Positions 12,530 to 25,417 are shown, counted from the first letter of the whole stretch. The stretch: DNA of 55,890 nt, filler included, from Dugesia japonica (GCA_001938525.1; 4 parts of 4 records of this genome joined end to end with filler, not necessarily neighbours in it), one strand, 5' to 3'. Notes: a model not told the origin generated them from the letters alone. Program-made: numbers and translations.

Positions 12530-12975
12530 CAACTAAAACACATGTTTTCGTCCAAAGAAGATGATAATTACGGTTTGGTGGTATACTACTAAATTAATTT
12601 ATTATAATTTCTTAAATCCTAGTGAGACTATAACTGCGGAGTCATACTCTAAGGAAATTGAGATCATATAGAAAATATTGCTTAAAAACTGCCGGAGATT
12701 GTAAATCAAAAGAAGCCAATTTTTCTGTATGATAACGCCAAACGACATGTATCTCGATTAACTCTACAGCAATTGCATGAATTAAAGTAGAAAGCCTTTT
12801 TTCATTCACTTTATTTTCCAGATCTTTTACCATCAAATTTTTACTTGTTCAAGCACATAAATGAATGTCTTACCAATAAGATTTACCATGATCTAAATAA
12901 TGGCTCCATTCTCAAATCCAAAAGTCCTACTTTGTATTTAAATGGAATCAATGAATTATTATTTCGTTGGCAGTA
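12530..12975 (+). mobile_element. Mariner transposase C-terminal fragment
   Basis: RPKKMIITVWW, ETITAESY, LYDNAKRH, YFPDLLPSNFYLFKH. Confidence 0.85.
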
Positions 12976-13179
12976 CAAGGAGACAATGGACAGCGTTTAG
13001 AAAGAAATGTGGAAAACTTAGGAAATTTCTTAGTAAGGGGGATATGAGGAAATAATTTTTAATTAATAATCTCGCCCAATAGGAATTGATATATCTAAAT
13101 ATTAATATTTAAATACTTGTATTTCATAATTATTTATCTTATGAAATATAGTTTGTAGTAGTAAAACAAATGTCTCACA
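12976..13179 (+). mobile_element. Gypsy 3' end: integrase tail, PPT and short (~137 nt) LTR
   Basis: GDNGQRLERNVENLGNFL, then PPT AGTAAGGGGGA, then LTR TATGAG(13043)...CTCACA(13179). Homologous to the 3' end at 45870-45945. Confidence 0.6.
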
Positions 13180-13254
13180 ATATGAATTCTGATTTGCAAA
13201 ATGAATTAACAATTGGAGATCTACCTAACAGTGTATTAATAGCATTGGAACATA

Positions 13255-14467
13255 TTAGGTAGTTGCATTAATTCTCACTGTTTTTTTATAATAAGAAGAA
13301 AAGTAAATAAAAACTCCAAATATATTTCTTTTTACATAATATCTCATTCAAAGTAGCATCCATCATTCCTAACAACATTTTCTCACTTTTCTAGCAAAAA
13401 ATGAATTTCACTATAAAAGGTTTTTCTTGCTTGGAATTTACCCAATAGTCAAGCCATTTATGGACATCATAATGATTGTTGAAGTGCTGTTTACCAAGGC
13501 CAAGTTGTATTGAGCGAAAAAGGGGGTAATCACGTGATGCAATGTCTGGTGAGTATGGGGGTGAATTAAACCTTCCCATTTAAATTCTGCTATTGTATTC
13601 CTCACTAAAATTGAAGGGTAGGGTAACAACACCGTATTATGTCTATTGGAATAGTCTGGCAGTTTTTTGAGCTATGCTTGTCTCAATTTTATTAATTGTT
13701 TATACAAAATCTAAAAATAAATTATCCCCCTTTGATCACAAAAATGGATAACATTACCTTGTTTCCATGCAAGTCTCATTTTGATGTTGATTTCCCTGTT
13801 TTATCAGGCTTCACTCATGATTTTCTTAGTTTTGGATTTTCATAAAAAATTCATTTTCTATCAAAAGTAACAATGCCATGTAAAAAAAGGCCTTTTCCTT
13901 TGACTGCTGAGCAGCGTCTGACAAATATATGCCTCTTTCAATTGGTGAGGCAATTATTTATCGACTTTCTGTTTGCATCCAATGGCTTTTAATAGTCTGC
14001 TTATTGTAGATGTATTTACATTAATGATTTTTGACATTGTTTCAATTGTTTTAGATCAATCTTTAATCCATTCTTTTTTCAAATCTTCATCTGTAAAGCG
14101 CTTTGGTTGACCTGAACGTTGTTTATCCTGCAAATCAAAGTCACCCATTTTTAATTACCAGCATGTTTCAGACAGAATATGGCTGCCATAAGCTTCTGAA
14201 AGCATCCTATGACTTTCTGCAGCACTTCTTTTGAGTCGAAAACAAAAAAGCAACGCCTCTCGAAAATATGCGTTTTTTGGAATAAAACTAGTCATATTAA
14301 ATGGGTCGGTTTTTGTTTGCTGTACAAATTAACTACATAATATACCATTATTTCAACATTTAAATATTAATACTTAACAAATCCTACCGATTAATTTAAA
14401 TTATCACTGAAATATTTAATAAGTTAATCAATTAAAAGAAACAGCAATAATTAATGCAACTACCTAA
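13255..14467 (-). mobile_element. Full-length degenerate mariner (Mos1/mauritiana-like)
   Basis: TIRs TTAGGTAGTTGCATTAATT / AATTAATGCAACTACCTAA flanked by TA. The ORF starts at 14295 (MTSFIPKNAYFREALLFCFRLKRSAAESHRML) and contains PPYSPDIA. Confidence 0.93.
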
Positions 14468-17394
14468 TATTTTGATTAATTAAATTTTTTTTAATAACTT
14501 TTTTTGACTTGTTATTGTTACTCTTTAAAATTCACAATTCCATATTGGACAGCCTAATATTTTTTACTTTTATGCTTTTATATTACTTAAAAACTTATAT
14601 TTAGCTTTCCATTAAATAATACTCACATGTATACACTAATTTGCAATAAAAAATTTATTTAATGATGATTAATTTTGAATAATACTAAGAAAAGGTTATT
14701 TTAATTGTATAAAAATTATGAAAACCATGCATTTTTATTATTCTTCCGGAATACTTCATAAGTGAGATTTTATAGACCTCTATTCTTGTATAATAATATT
14801 ACCACAGATCTTTTTGGTTAATTTTAAGATTAATCAAAGATAAAACTATTCTATTTAGTGTAAAACATAGAGATAAAACACATCCACTGATACAATATAA
14901 ACAATTGATCGAACTTAACAATTTAGATGTATTGCAACATTACAGTTATTTACGGAGGAACGAAATTATATTACAAGATTGTGGCATAAATTCTTAAATT
15001 TTCGTAAAATTTGATTTCTTCGTGGTTTATATTAATTATGTAGATCAGAAGTCAGCAATCTTTATTATTAGTCGGGCACATTTTTGAAATATAAAATTTC
15101 GACTGGCACAAAAAGCCCAATGACAAGCGTAGATGGTAAATTTCAGAAATCGAATACACCCATACCTCACTATACAGCCGCTCTTTATACGGCATTTCGC
15201 TATAACGGCCCTCTTAAATTAAGGTACGTTTTCGATTTACGGCCTAAATGTTTCGCTATAACGACAAAGAAAACTTTTTTTGATGTCGATATATCTGAAT
15301 GTTGCCAATTTTGCGCAAGTACAATCTCGATGCACACTCTTTTTTATTTCCTCTTGTTTACGAGCGTGATTCAGTGTGTGCTCATAAAGCGGCTGGTTTA
15401 GACTTGTCTGTGAGTGTTTTATGTACATTTTTATTACTGATTGTTACACATTAACTGGAAAAATTGGAAACAATTAAGGAAATTTTTGCTACGTAAGTAC
15501 GTATGTATGTATGTACAAATTAAAACTTTTTAATATGTATTTTTTATTAAACTTATTTTATAATTTCATTATTTTTTAGATAAAATGCCAACGAAACGAT
15601 TATCAACTTCAGAGACTGATAAAAAGAGATGCCGAAAATCAGTCACGCTCGGAACTAAACTAGAAGTATTACGTTGTATAGAAGCTGGAGAGAAAATTGT
15701 TGAAATTTGCAAGACAATGAGACTTGCGAAATCTACCATTCAAATTTTTCGCGATAAAAAAGACATTAAAACATATTTGCAATCTTCTGTACCTTTAAAT
15801 GTCTCAAGATTAACACGCCAAAGAAACTGGATTATGGAAAAAATGGAAAAACAATATGTATTATATGGATTGAGGACAATAACCAACGGATAATGCCAAT
15901 GAGTCAAATGACTATCCAGGAAAAAGCTTTAAGTATTTTCGAAAATTTGGAGAATGGATATATCGATGAATTTGCTGAAGATGCCACATTCCAAACATGC
16001 TGAGGATGGTTTGAAAAATTCAAAAATATATTTAATTTGCATAATTTTAAAATGAAAGGTTAAAAAGCTAGAGCCGATGATACCGCATCTAAGGAATATC
16101 CCAACATTTTAAAGGGAATTATTGAAAGAGGTGGTTATAAACCTGAACAAGTGTTTAACGTAGACGAAACAGGGATTTATTGGAAGCAAATGCCTGATCG
16201 CATGTACATTTCAAAAATCAAAAAAACTGCGCCTGGTTATAAGGTATCTAAAGAACGATTAACTTTGCTACTTGGTGCAAATGCCGCGGGTGATTTTAAG
16301 CTAAAACCACCTTTAATATATTTGTCTGAAAATCCAAGGCCTCTTAAAGGACTAAATAAAAATCAATTACCCGTCATATGGAGATCCAACAAGAAAGCTT
16401 AGATGACTAAAGCTACTTTTGAGGATTGGTTTAAAAGCCACATTTGTACAATTGTAAAAAATATTTGCGAGACCATAACTTAAGCAACAAGGCTTTATTA
16501 TTTTGGATAATGCACCAGGGCATCCTACTAATTTATCCGAACTATCTGAAGATGTCATGATTGATTACCTTCCGAAAAATACAACAACAACCTATGGATC
16601 AGGGTGCAATAGCCACTTTTAAGGCATATTACCTACGCCGAACTTTCCGACAACTTATAAGGGAAACTGATGGTAAATCTTCAATTAAAACATTTTGGAA
16701 AAACTATAACATCAAGGATGCTGTTGACAGCATCAGTGAATCATGGAAGGAATTAAAATTAACAACAATGAACCATGTTTGGAAAAAGATATTGCCAGAA
16801 TGTGTAAAATGTAATGATGCAGAAGTTAATTTCCTTCCTGAAATTAAGCAAAACATTTTTGAAGGTTTGAACGAACGTGATGTGCTTGATCTACTTGAAG
16901 CTGATAGAAAACCCCTTTCATATGAGGAACTCATTCAGTTGTAAGCAGAACCGGCATTTGATGAAGAGATAGAGTCTGTTGTATCCAAACAGCTAACATC
17001 AAAAAATTTGTCGAAACCTTTTTCCTATTTCGAATAAGGAATAAACATCCTCCTTGAAAACGATCCTGACGTCGAACGTAGCGCTAAAGTTTCTCGAAGA
17101 ATTAACTCAGCCATTAGCTGTTATAAGTCACTGAAAAACGAAATAGACAAGAAGGCAAGACAAACAACGTTGAACAATTTTTTTAAGCCAGGCCCATCTT
17201 TACCAGCAAAAAATGATGATGAAAGTGATTTGTAGGTTACCATTTCTTCATTGTCTTCAGATTAAAGCCATTTTAAAAACAATTATGTTTGTTATTATTT
17301 TACGTAAAATTGTATGTACTTGTTATGTATGTATTTTTGATTTAAATGAAATAAAAAGATAAAAGGCATTTTGAATGATAAACCTTGTTACATA

Positions 17395-17540
17395 TGTTGG
17401 GTTAAAACGCAAAATTTTAATGAAGAAGAAATAATAAACATCTCGAAATAATACGAAAATCCGCAGGAGAACAAGCAAAAAAAATAAGTAAAATTTGGTG
17501 CTGGGCCAGAGAATCGACTCGATATTATAATTATTACGTA

Positions 17541-17603
<63 letters not shown>

Positions 17604-17653
17604 NNNNNNNNNNNNNNNNNNNNNNNNNNNNNNNNNNNNNNNNNNNNNNNNNN

Positions 17654-17693
<40 letters not shown>

Positions 17694-18080
17694 CGATTAT
17701 TGATAAAATAAAAGAAATGAAAATTGGGCGTAGAGGACCCAAATCTGGAGATAGAGAAATAACTTTGGAATGTACCAATAGGAAATAATAAACTGAATAA
17801 TAAAAATAATATAAACTACTATAATAAAATACTAATTAGCGTTTGATATTATTAATTAAAATGGCCAGTCACCAAAATCGAACGATAATTTTGGTTTTCT
17901 AAACGATGATTAAGTTGGAAAACCAGACAGTAAAAACAAGGACATTTCCCTGACGACACGAATTTGGTTTTCCACAAAGTCGCGCTGAACCCGTGGAATG
18001 AGGGGCATGTCACAAAAGTGACGCAAATGCTTGTGGTTTTTAATTCGAATTCACGATAACAAAATCCTAAAAACCCAACA
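17395..18080. mobile_element. Solo LTR inserted in the 3' region of the Tigger
   Basis: Termini TGTTGGGTT...AACCCAACA form a perfect 9-bp inverted repeat, flanked by the 4-bp TSD CATA (17391-17394 and 18081-18084). Confidence 0.85.
17523..17692. repeat. (ATT)n microsatellite inside the solo LTR, with an N gap
   Basis: Read directly from the sequence. Confidence 0.95.
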
Positions 18081-19093
18081 CATATTTAACAAATTTGGAA
18101 CCGATCCTATTGAATTTGTATTAGAATAATTGATTCCTTATACTGCTTTTCGCTTAGCGGCCAAGTTTCGTGGAACGTATCTAGAACGTAAAGAGAGGTA
18201 TGTGTGTATTATAATTCAGCATTTTAAATTTGATATTAAATTTAGATAAAAAATCAATTCCTGCAATAATACTAGAAATATTTTCTGAAACATAAAACTT
18301 AATATATTGTTTGATTATTAAGTGTAATTTTTAATATAATACTTCCTGTTATTTTTAGTTGACTTTCATTAGCACAAGTAACATTAATATATTCACATTT
18401 AATTTTAGTAATATTTAATTTTAAAAATATTGCGCACGTATCAAGTAAACAATCAGCATTTAATTCGTAATTTAATTTTAACTTTAAACGGGGTCTTTAA
18501 TCTTTACATTTTAAAAATGTTTACTAAATAGTTTGATATTTTCTTTCAATGAAAAAAAATAAGACAAAGTTATCTTAATAAGTTTATTGTGACTTATTAA
18601 CTTTTGACTATGTAACCACCACGTAAAATAAATAAACTTATATTTCAAAATTGAATATATAGTATATTAAGATTTTACATATATGAGATTATAATTTTTA
18701 TTTCAATTAGATTTTTTAAATTATTTTTTTATTATTACTTTAAAAATTCAGTTTTTTCAATTTTTTAAAAAGATTATATTTTTGTAAAAAAATTATTTTA
18801 GTTCGCCCAAAATTAGGCTAAGTGAATTTTTAAAAACATTGNNNNNNNNNNNNNNNNNNNNNNNNNNNNNNNNNNNNNNNNNNNNNTGCCAATCTAAACT
18901 TTGTTTAAACGAAACAATTTAATTATTAAATGAAAATAATAATAACCAAATATTTAAATATTTCCTTAAATCTTTAATTCATAAAGATCGGATTTGATTG
19001 TTTTACATTTTAGAATGTTATAAGTTCATATTTTGATAAAAATCTGAAATCAATATATTTTCGAGCTATTAAGTGGATTTTTTATTCATAAAA

Positions 19094-19781
19094 ATGAATA
19101 CAACAGTTGCACCATATGCTGTTAAAGAAGATAACAAAAAATTTGATGTAAATTTTAAATTTTGAATGATTTTTTTCTTTAAATAAAATTAATGATTTAA
19201 AATTTTTCACATTACATTTTGATGTGAAATTTACAGTTTTAATATTTCTTTTAAATTAGCTTCCGCGGAATAAATTATACATGCAACAGAAACCTAATAC
19301 AGTTAATAACAAGATCACTTATCGTCCATCACATGTTCCGAATAATTATTCGTCATCTATTAATCCATCGAAACCTCGTAATCAATATAATGCCGTTCCA
19401 ATCAATAACAATCAGCCCAGTCGCATTTATAATGGTCAACAAATCCAACAACCACATTTTAATACCCAACCTATTAATGGACCTAGAAATTATCCGAATG
19501 GAACCTCTGCTAGTCCAAGAGGTTCAGTATCAAACAGAGGTGCTTCATCAAATTCAGGATCTATGTCAGAACGAAATGGACCAACATTTGGAAAATACAA
19601 ATTAATTAGAGAAATTGGAAAAGGAAATTTTGCGAAAGTTAAATTAGCACAGCATTTAATCACTGGGAAAGAGGTGATCAAACTAGTTTACAGTGCAATC
19701 AATTATTTTGTTCTCTTATTTTTATAGGTTGCTGTAAAAATTATCGATAAAACAAAATTGAATGCTTCNGCTTTACAAAAG
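19094..19781 (+). CDS. MARK: MARK/PAR-1 family Ser/Thr kinase, first three coding exons (19094-19147, 19260-19673, 19728-19781); the rest is not in this contig
   Basis: Phase-0 GT-AG introns join [18 protein letters not shown] / [10 protein letters not shown]...[29 protein letters not shown] / [18 protein letters not shown]. These are MARK kinase subdomains I-II. Confidence 0.92.
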
Positions 19782-20392
19782 GTAGAATTTTTTGTTAATG
19801 TTTAAATTATTTCTAAATTATTTTCATTTAAATTTATTAAATTTTGTTAAATTGTTTTAGAAATAATTTTTTATAAATTAAAATTTTCCCAAATTTCGAT
19901 ATGCATACCCAAATTTGGAACGCGAAAAATTCATCAAACAACAAAATATTTAATTGCTTATTAAATTAAATTAAATTGTTTATTAATGAATATGTAAATA
20001 AATATTTATTTTATAATAAAATTAAAGATATTATTAGCATAGATAATAACAATAAAATGCATCATTTCTGTGCCTTGTGTGGTGATGATTAATCCTATCG
20101 ATGAATGTTTGTGTGTCGGAAGTGTGTTTGTCTATTTATTTGGGCAGTTTGCTTAATTGCGTATGTCTACCTGTGTGTGTCAATTTAAAATATCCACGCA
20201 CTCTGCTGGTGTCGCTTCCTGAATTTTGTGACTATTATTATTCAACAATGTTCAAACTGTCATGTTCAATTCTCATTTAAGAAGAGTTAACAATTCTTTA
20301 AGTTCTAATAAACTGAATATCATTTGAAAGTTATAATTATCAAAGATTTACATATAGAAATTAAAATGAATTTATTTAAAATATTTTTTTTT

Positions 20393-20492
20393 NNNNNNNN
20401 NNNNNNNNNNNNNNNNNNNNNNNNNNNNNNNNNNNNTTAATTAATTAANNNNNNNNNNNNNNNNNNNNNNNNNNNNNNNNNNNNNNNNNNNN
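20393..20492. other. Artificial contig spacer N44-TTAATTAATTAA-N44
   Basis: The same 100-nt spacer occurs three times, and the 12-mer has stops in all six frames. Confidence 0.95.
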
Positions 20493-20824
20493 TTAATTTT
20501 AAAAAAATATATTAAATAAAAATCTTTTGTTCATTTCATTTTATATTTCATTCGTTTTAATTTATATCGAATTTTAAAAAAAATTCATTTCAATATAAAT
20601 TTAATATTATATTTTTATATTCAAATTATATTTAATTTAAAAAAAATACTTTACGAAGAAATTTAATATTCAATAATTTAAATTTTAGTCATTTCTATTA
20701 TATAGTTTATTTTCTTGATATATTTTTAAATATACTTTTGATTTTACTAAATTCCGTTTTACAAGACAAAAAATTTTAAATTTGTTCTTACAAAAAACTA
20801 TCTTATACTCGGTATACTCAGTTT

Positions 20825-21090
20825 GAGTAATTTTTAGGTGAATTTGGTTGATAATTTGCTAGTTGTTGTCAAATCAGGATAATTTTTAGGTATTATTGGT
20901 TAATTATTTAATTATTTAATCGGGAATGGTCAATTTGGGTAGTTTTAGGGCGATTTGTTGGTAAATTATTTACTCGGTATGGGCAAATTTGGTTAATTAT
21001 TTCTCACAAAGTAAGTTTTATGGGGAATTCGGTCAATTATTTCCTTGGGCTGGTCAGTTTGGGTTAAACTTTAAGGAAATTCATGGTAAA
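20825..21090. repeat. Degenerate ~55-nt tandem repeat, G/T-rich on the + strand
   Basis: Recurring unit AATTTTTAGG..ATTTGGTTAATTATTT...GGTCAATTTGGGT, about 5 copies. Confidence 0.5.
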
Positions 21091-22198
21091 AGTGGAATTT
21101 GTTTAAATTTTCGATTTTTTAAAGATAATTTAAAATTTGTTGTGGAAATCCGCGTGAACAACCCATTATATTTAAATGCTATAAAAATTTTAAAATTTCT
21201 TTTATGAATTTTTATAATTATCCAGACATACAAAATTTCGAAAATTTTTTAAAAACTTTTTTATCGAAATTTTTACATCAATCGATTCAGAATGATATTG
21301 AAATCATTTCTAGCTAAAAATAATTTATTCGAAAAATATTTTGTTTTCAAATTTAATTTTAAACTAGTCTATTCAACTAAAATTGTCAAAATTAATTTTG
21401 ACAAAGAGAAATTGAAAAAACTTAATCATAAATCCCGAGGATCCTTAACCGAAACAAATAAAAAATGATTTTTAAAATTTTCATCCAAATTTAATTATCC
21501 AAGTACTATTTAATAAAGAAATTTTTACTGATCAAGAATATATACGGTAGAAATTTTTAAATGAAATTTTATGGGAATCCGTGTGAACAACCCAAATTTT
21601 TGAAAAAAATTTCTAAATCTCAGATTTCAATGATTTTTATAATAACTGCTGAGAATTTTACGTAGATCATTTTCCTAATATTTTACAGAATTTTTACGAA
21701 AAAATTATTCTTTCCCAAATTTAATAATTAAAGTCTTCGATAGAGCATTATCGCTGATTCCAAATATGTTAATGTAAAATAATTAAAGATAATCCTTAAA
21801 GATAATTTTGTGGTGAAAAAATATCAAAATTCGGATTTCAGCTTTCAAAGCTCTGTGCGCAGATAACAGCTATAGACTCAAATTTAATATTATTGAACTC
21901 AGGAGTAGAGTGACTGAACAAAAGTAAGATATTGTCTCGACAAAAATGCTTCCTAACTTAAATATACAGCTGTCCTACCAGATTTGACAATTTTTTTCTA
22001 AAAATCAAAACTCAAAATTTAATTAAATTAATATAATTCGATAGAGAATGTTGCGCTCATAGTGAATAACAAAGTTAAAAATCAACAAACATTATAGATA
22101 AAATTTATATAGAAAAACAAACACTTAATATCGTAGTCTCCACCCAGGAACATTAAAATAAAAGAAAAAAAAATTAATTTTTACAAATATATTTTTCA

Positions 22199-22584
22199 TT
22201 AGTCTGTAAATGGAATGTTATATTTTTCAACATTTCTCATATATCTTTAAATGCGTTGTATCGACAAAAATGACATCAGTCTTGGGTCGCATATATAGAA
22301 ATCTAATTAATAAAAGTAGAAATCGTATAATATATCTTCCATGTTGAGTTTTGTCCCGCTTTCAACCTTCAACCAATATTCCTTTTGAGGCCATAATTTG
22401 AATTTTTCTTTTAAATCTGACAAAAACGTTTCCAAGCTACCTATTATGTAACCTAATAAAGAAGAATAAAAGTTATTAATAATTTAAAATTCTTACCAGT
22501 ATTGACTATATCATCATTTTTAAAACGTCTATTAATATATCTATATAATAGATCTATATCTTCAATTTTTATTCCTTCCACAAT
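22199..22584 (-). pseudogene. Small two-exon orphan gene with in-frame stops
   Basis: A canonical 44-nt gtaaga...ttattag intron (22453-22496) joins VEGIKIEDIDLLYRYINRRFKNDDIVNT / GYIIGSLETFLSDLKEKFKLWPQKEYWLKVE in frame. Confidence 0.5.
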
Positions 22585-24088
22585 TTAAAAATTTGAAAAG
22601 TGAACAATAAGTACAATCACAAGATTTGAAAAAACTTAACTGTAGAGATCACATAACACACAACACATCACAAATACAATAGATAATCAGATCTCCGACT
22701 GTTAATTCTCAGAGTAACTATCAATTATCAATCAATCCTCAACGAACTCAAATTCAAAACAATCAGCAAACATTGTGTCAATAAAATTATATTACAATTT
22801 GATCTAAACATTTATTTCACATTCTGTATTATAATCTTGATCCAAACATTAATTTTGATCTAGAAATTNNNNNNNNNNNNNNNNNNNNNNNNNNNNNNNN
22901 NNNNNNNNNNNNNNNNNNNNNNNNNNNNNTTATTTTTGGTGAAATAATAAAGTTAATTGATTTTGTTGAATTAACACAGGTGCAAATTTTATGCAAAAAA
23001 TAATATTAATATATTAATATTAATATTAAAATATTAATATTAATTAATATTTCATTTATCTTGCACATATTTATTATTTTATTTTTATTTTTGGTGAAAT
23101 AATAAAGTTAATTGATTTTGTTGAATTAACACAGGTGCAAATTTTATGCAAAAAATAAACAGGTGAAACAGAACATATATGGATTTCACTAATAATAATA
23201 AAAAAACCAAATTTTTAAGTAATTTTAAAAAAAAAATTTGAAATATATTCTTGAAAATTTTGTAAATATTTTGAAAAACTTTAAGTAATTTTGAATGATG
23301 CTTATATGCGCGTATGTTGTATTCAATTCAGTATAAATACTGATTGTATTTGTTATTTTTTCAGTCATTTTATTTACAGAGACACTGACCTCTCAGGGAA
23401 GCTGTACTCTGATAAATTAAATTACTGCCTATAAGGTTGAATAGTTAAGCTATATTATACTATATACCAAAAATAAAGGATATTAAAAAGGTGTTTGATT
23501 ATTTATTTATTTATTTTACAAAGACACTACATTACCCTATTTATACATTTTCAGTAAAATATTGATTATATAATATTGTATCTACACATACACAGGGATA
23601 AAATTAACGCCCGTAAAATTACAAACCAAGTATTCATTTTTATTAGTCTCAAATACGAACCATAAATCTCTTTGTTGAGTTTAAATACCCAACATAACTA
23701 TTACAATTCAAATCAAAATTAATATAATTTAATTTAAAATAATTTCAATAAGAATGTTCTAGAATAAATTGTTTAAACGTATCAATTTAATTAATTAATA
23801 CACACCTGTTTAAAAACCCATAAAAACTGAATATTTAATTCATTATTCATTATTTCAACTGAAGATGATATAAATTCTTACCAAGTAAAACGCATCTACA
23901 CTAGTATTAACGTGTGAAAAATCAAGAAATTACTTCAACTATGAGATGGTTTTCTTTAGCAGCACAATCAATTATAATTTTCTAGTACTATTTGATTTAC
24001 TAATTACTTTATCAATACTTTTTTATTTAGAACCATGAAAGTAAAACCTTGTCTTTACTATTTTTTCATATCTGAAAACAGTGACAAT

Positions 24089-24267
24089 TGTTGGGGTTCC
24101 ACCTGAGTTGGGTGACACAAAAAAGGTGGCTGGGGAAAAGACAGCCCTTAGGGGAACCCTTTCAAGAATTTACCCTACCGTCCCTGTGGTAGGTCTTCAG
24201 TTTACTGCGGTTGTCCTCACTCTTAATGGGGGTTGCACACCAGTAAACCTTTAGTTCGGGTCCTACA
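24089..24267. other. GC-rich, multi-hairpin 179-nt segment with TG...CA ends (LTR-like or structured RNA)
   Basis: Stems GGGGTTCC/GGAACCCT, CCACCT/AGGTGG, GGCTG/CAGCC, CCTACC/GGTAGG and GTTTACTG/CAGTAAAC. No TSD, PBS or PPT found. Confidence 0.55.
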
Positions 24268-24334
24268 TACTTAATTTAAGAAAATTAAAATTCTTTATAA
24301 TTCTAATTAAAATATTTATTCGGCAGTAACACAA

Positions 24335-24717
24335 TTAGAGCAAATCTAGCGCCTCCGGATCTAGCCATTGGTCCGAGGTAGTGACAATGAAGTTAAAAGC
24401 TGCAATATCGTCATCTTCATCCCACTGAGTTGTGTTTGGATTGCCAAGCTGACGGGATAAGTCAGCAATATATTGTTTTAAAAACTCGATTTTCCGCTGT
24501 AATAAAAGTTTGGTTTCGGATTCCAACGCCTTTGTGTGTGCGGCAAGGTCGCTTTGCTTTTTTATAACAATGTTTAGCTTCTTAATGAGTCAATTGCGTT
24601 GTTTTAAATGCTTTAGTAGAGCCCTATCCGCTTTCCTTTTCAAATGACGTTCGAGGAGTAGTCGACGTAAGATGCGGTGGCATCTTCTAATACTATCTGG
24701 GAATTGAATTCTAGGCA
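24335..24717 (-). CDS. Orphan cassette ORF-D (basic helical protein with an acidic/aromatic tail), one internal stop
   Basis: Acceptor tattttag, then PRIQFPDSIRRCHRILRRLLLERH...KIEFLKQYIADL...DDDIAAFNFI...WLD. Paralog at 28965-29314. Confidence 0.65.
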
Positions 24718-24733
24718 CTAAAATACAAGAACA

Positions 24734-25191
24734 TCAACCGAATANNNNNNNNNNNNNNNNNNNNNNNNNNNNNNNNNNNNNNNNNNNNNNNNNNNNNNNN
24801 NNNNNNNNNNNNNNNNNNNNNNNNNNNNNNNNNNNNNNNNNNNNNNNNNNNNNNNNNNNNNNNNNNNNNNNNNNNNNNNNNNNNNNNNNNNNNNNNNNNN
24901 NNNNNNNNNNNNNNNCCAGTTTATTTTCACGGTCATGGCTGGACCGGATAATCTCCGCGAAAGATTCGACTTGGGCTTTCCAGGCCCGTACTTGTTCTTG
25001 TACGAGTCTCATTTCTTCCCGAATGTTGGTACATTTAGTCTTGTACCGTTTCACCTTAGCATTCGCTGTCGCCACGTCGGCTTCCCAACGCNNNNNNNNN
25101 NNNNNNNNNNNNNNNNNNGTCATCTCTATATCTTCGCTATCCTCGCGAATTTTCTTGGTTGGGGCTGAAGGGCGATTTAGTGATGAGTGCA
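24734..25191 (-). CDS. Orphan cassette ORF-C (coiled coil), C-terminus lies in an N gap
   Basis: Acceptor ctttttatag, then HSSLNRPSAPTKKIRE...REEMRLVQEQVRAWKAQVESFAEIIRSSHDRENKL. Paralog at ~29372-29590. Confidence 0.65.
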
Positions 25192-25417
25192 CTATAAAAA
25201 GACAAAGTCCGATTAATACTCATTAAATTGATATATAAGTAGGTTATGAAAACCATAATGAAATTATTATCCAAGCCAAAGTTAAAAGAAAACCACAAAA
25301 AATAACGCCAATTCAATTTGCAAATACAAAATACAAGGAAGAAGATTACAAGTCCTCCCTGGACACATTTTCATCATTTATATTGCCAAGTGAATTCCGC
25401 ACACTCCATAAGTTATC

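Larger units (their letters stand above)
15157..18206 (+). mobile_element. Full-length Tigger/pogo DNA transposon (disrupted transposase ~15585-17235)
   Basis: TIRs CACCCATACCTCACTATAC / GTAAAGAGAGGTATGTGTG (16/19 match) with TA on both sides. HTH_psq, CENP-B GWFEKFK, FNVDETG, KERLT, LDNAPGH and QPMDQGAI motifs. Confidence 0.95.

Noticed and set aside
15046-15155. hAT/Charlie-like terminus CAGAAGTCAGCAATC
   Set aside because: No partner TIR or 8-bp TSD was found.
17945-18035. Hammerhead ribozyme in the solo LTR (CTGACGA followed by a stem)
   Set aside because: There is no GAAA box after the stem; it is more likely ordinary LTR secondary structure.
20437-20448. TTAATTAATTAA palindrome as a biological motif
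   Set aside because: It is always centred in exactly 44+44 N, so it is an assembly linker.
20825-21090. CRISPR-like or telomeric array
   Set aside because: The units are degenerate with no unique spacers, there are no cas genes, the context is eukaryotic, and it is not TTAGGG.
22929-23160. Direct repeat of ~80 nt beside an N gap
   Set aside because: The copies are identical and next to a gap, so this is probably an assembly overlap.
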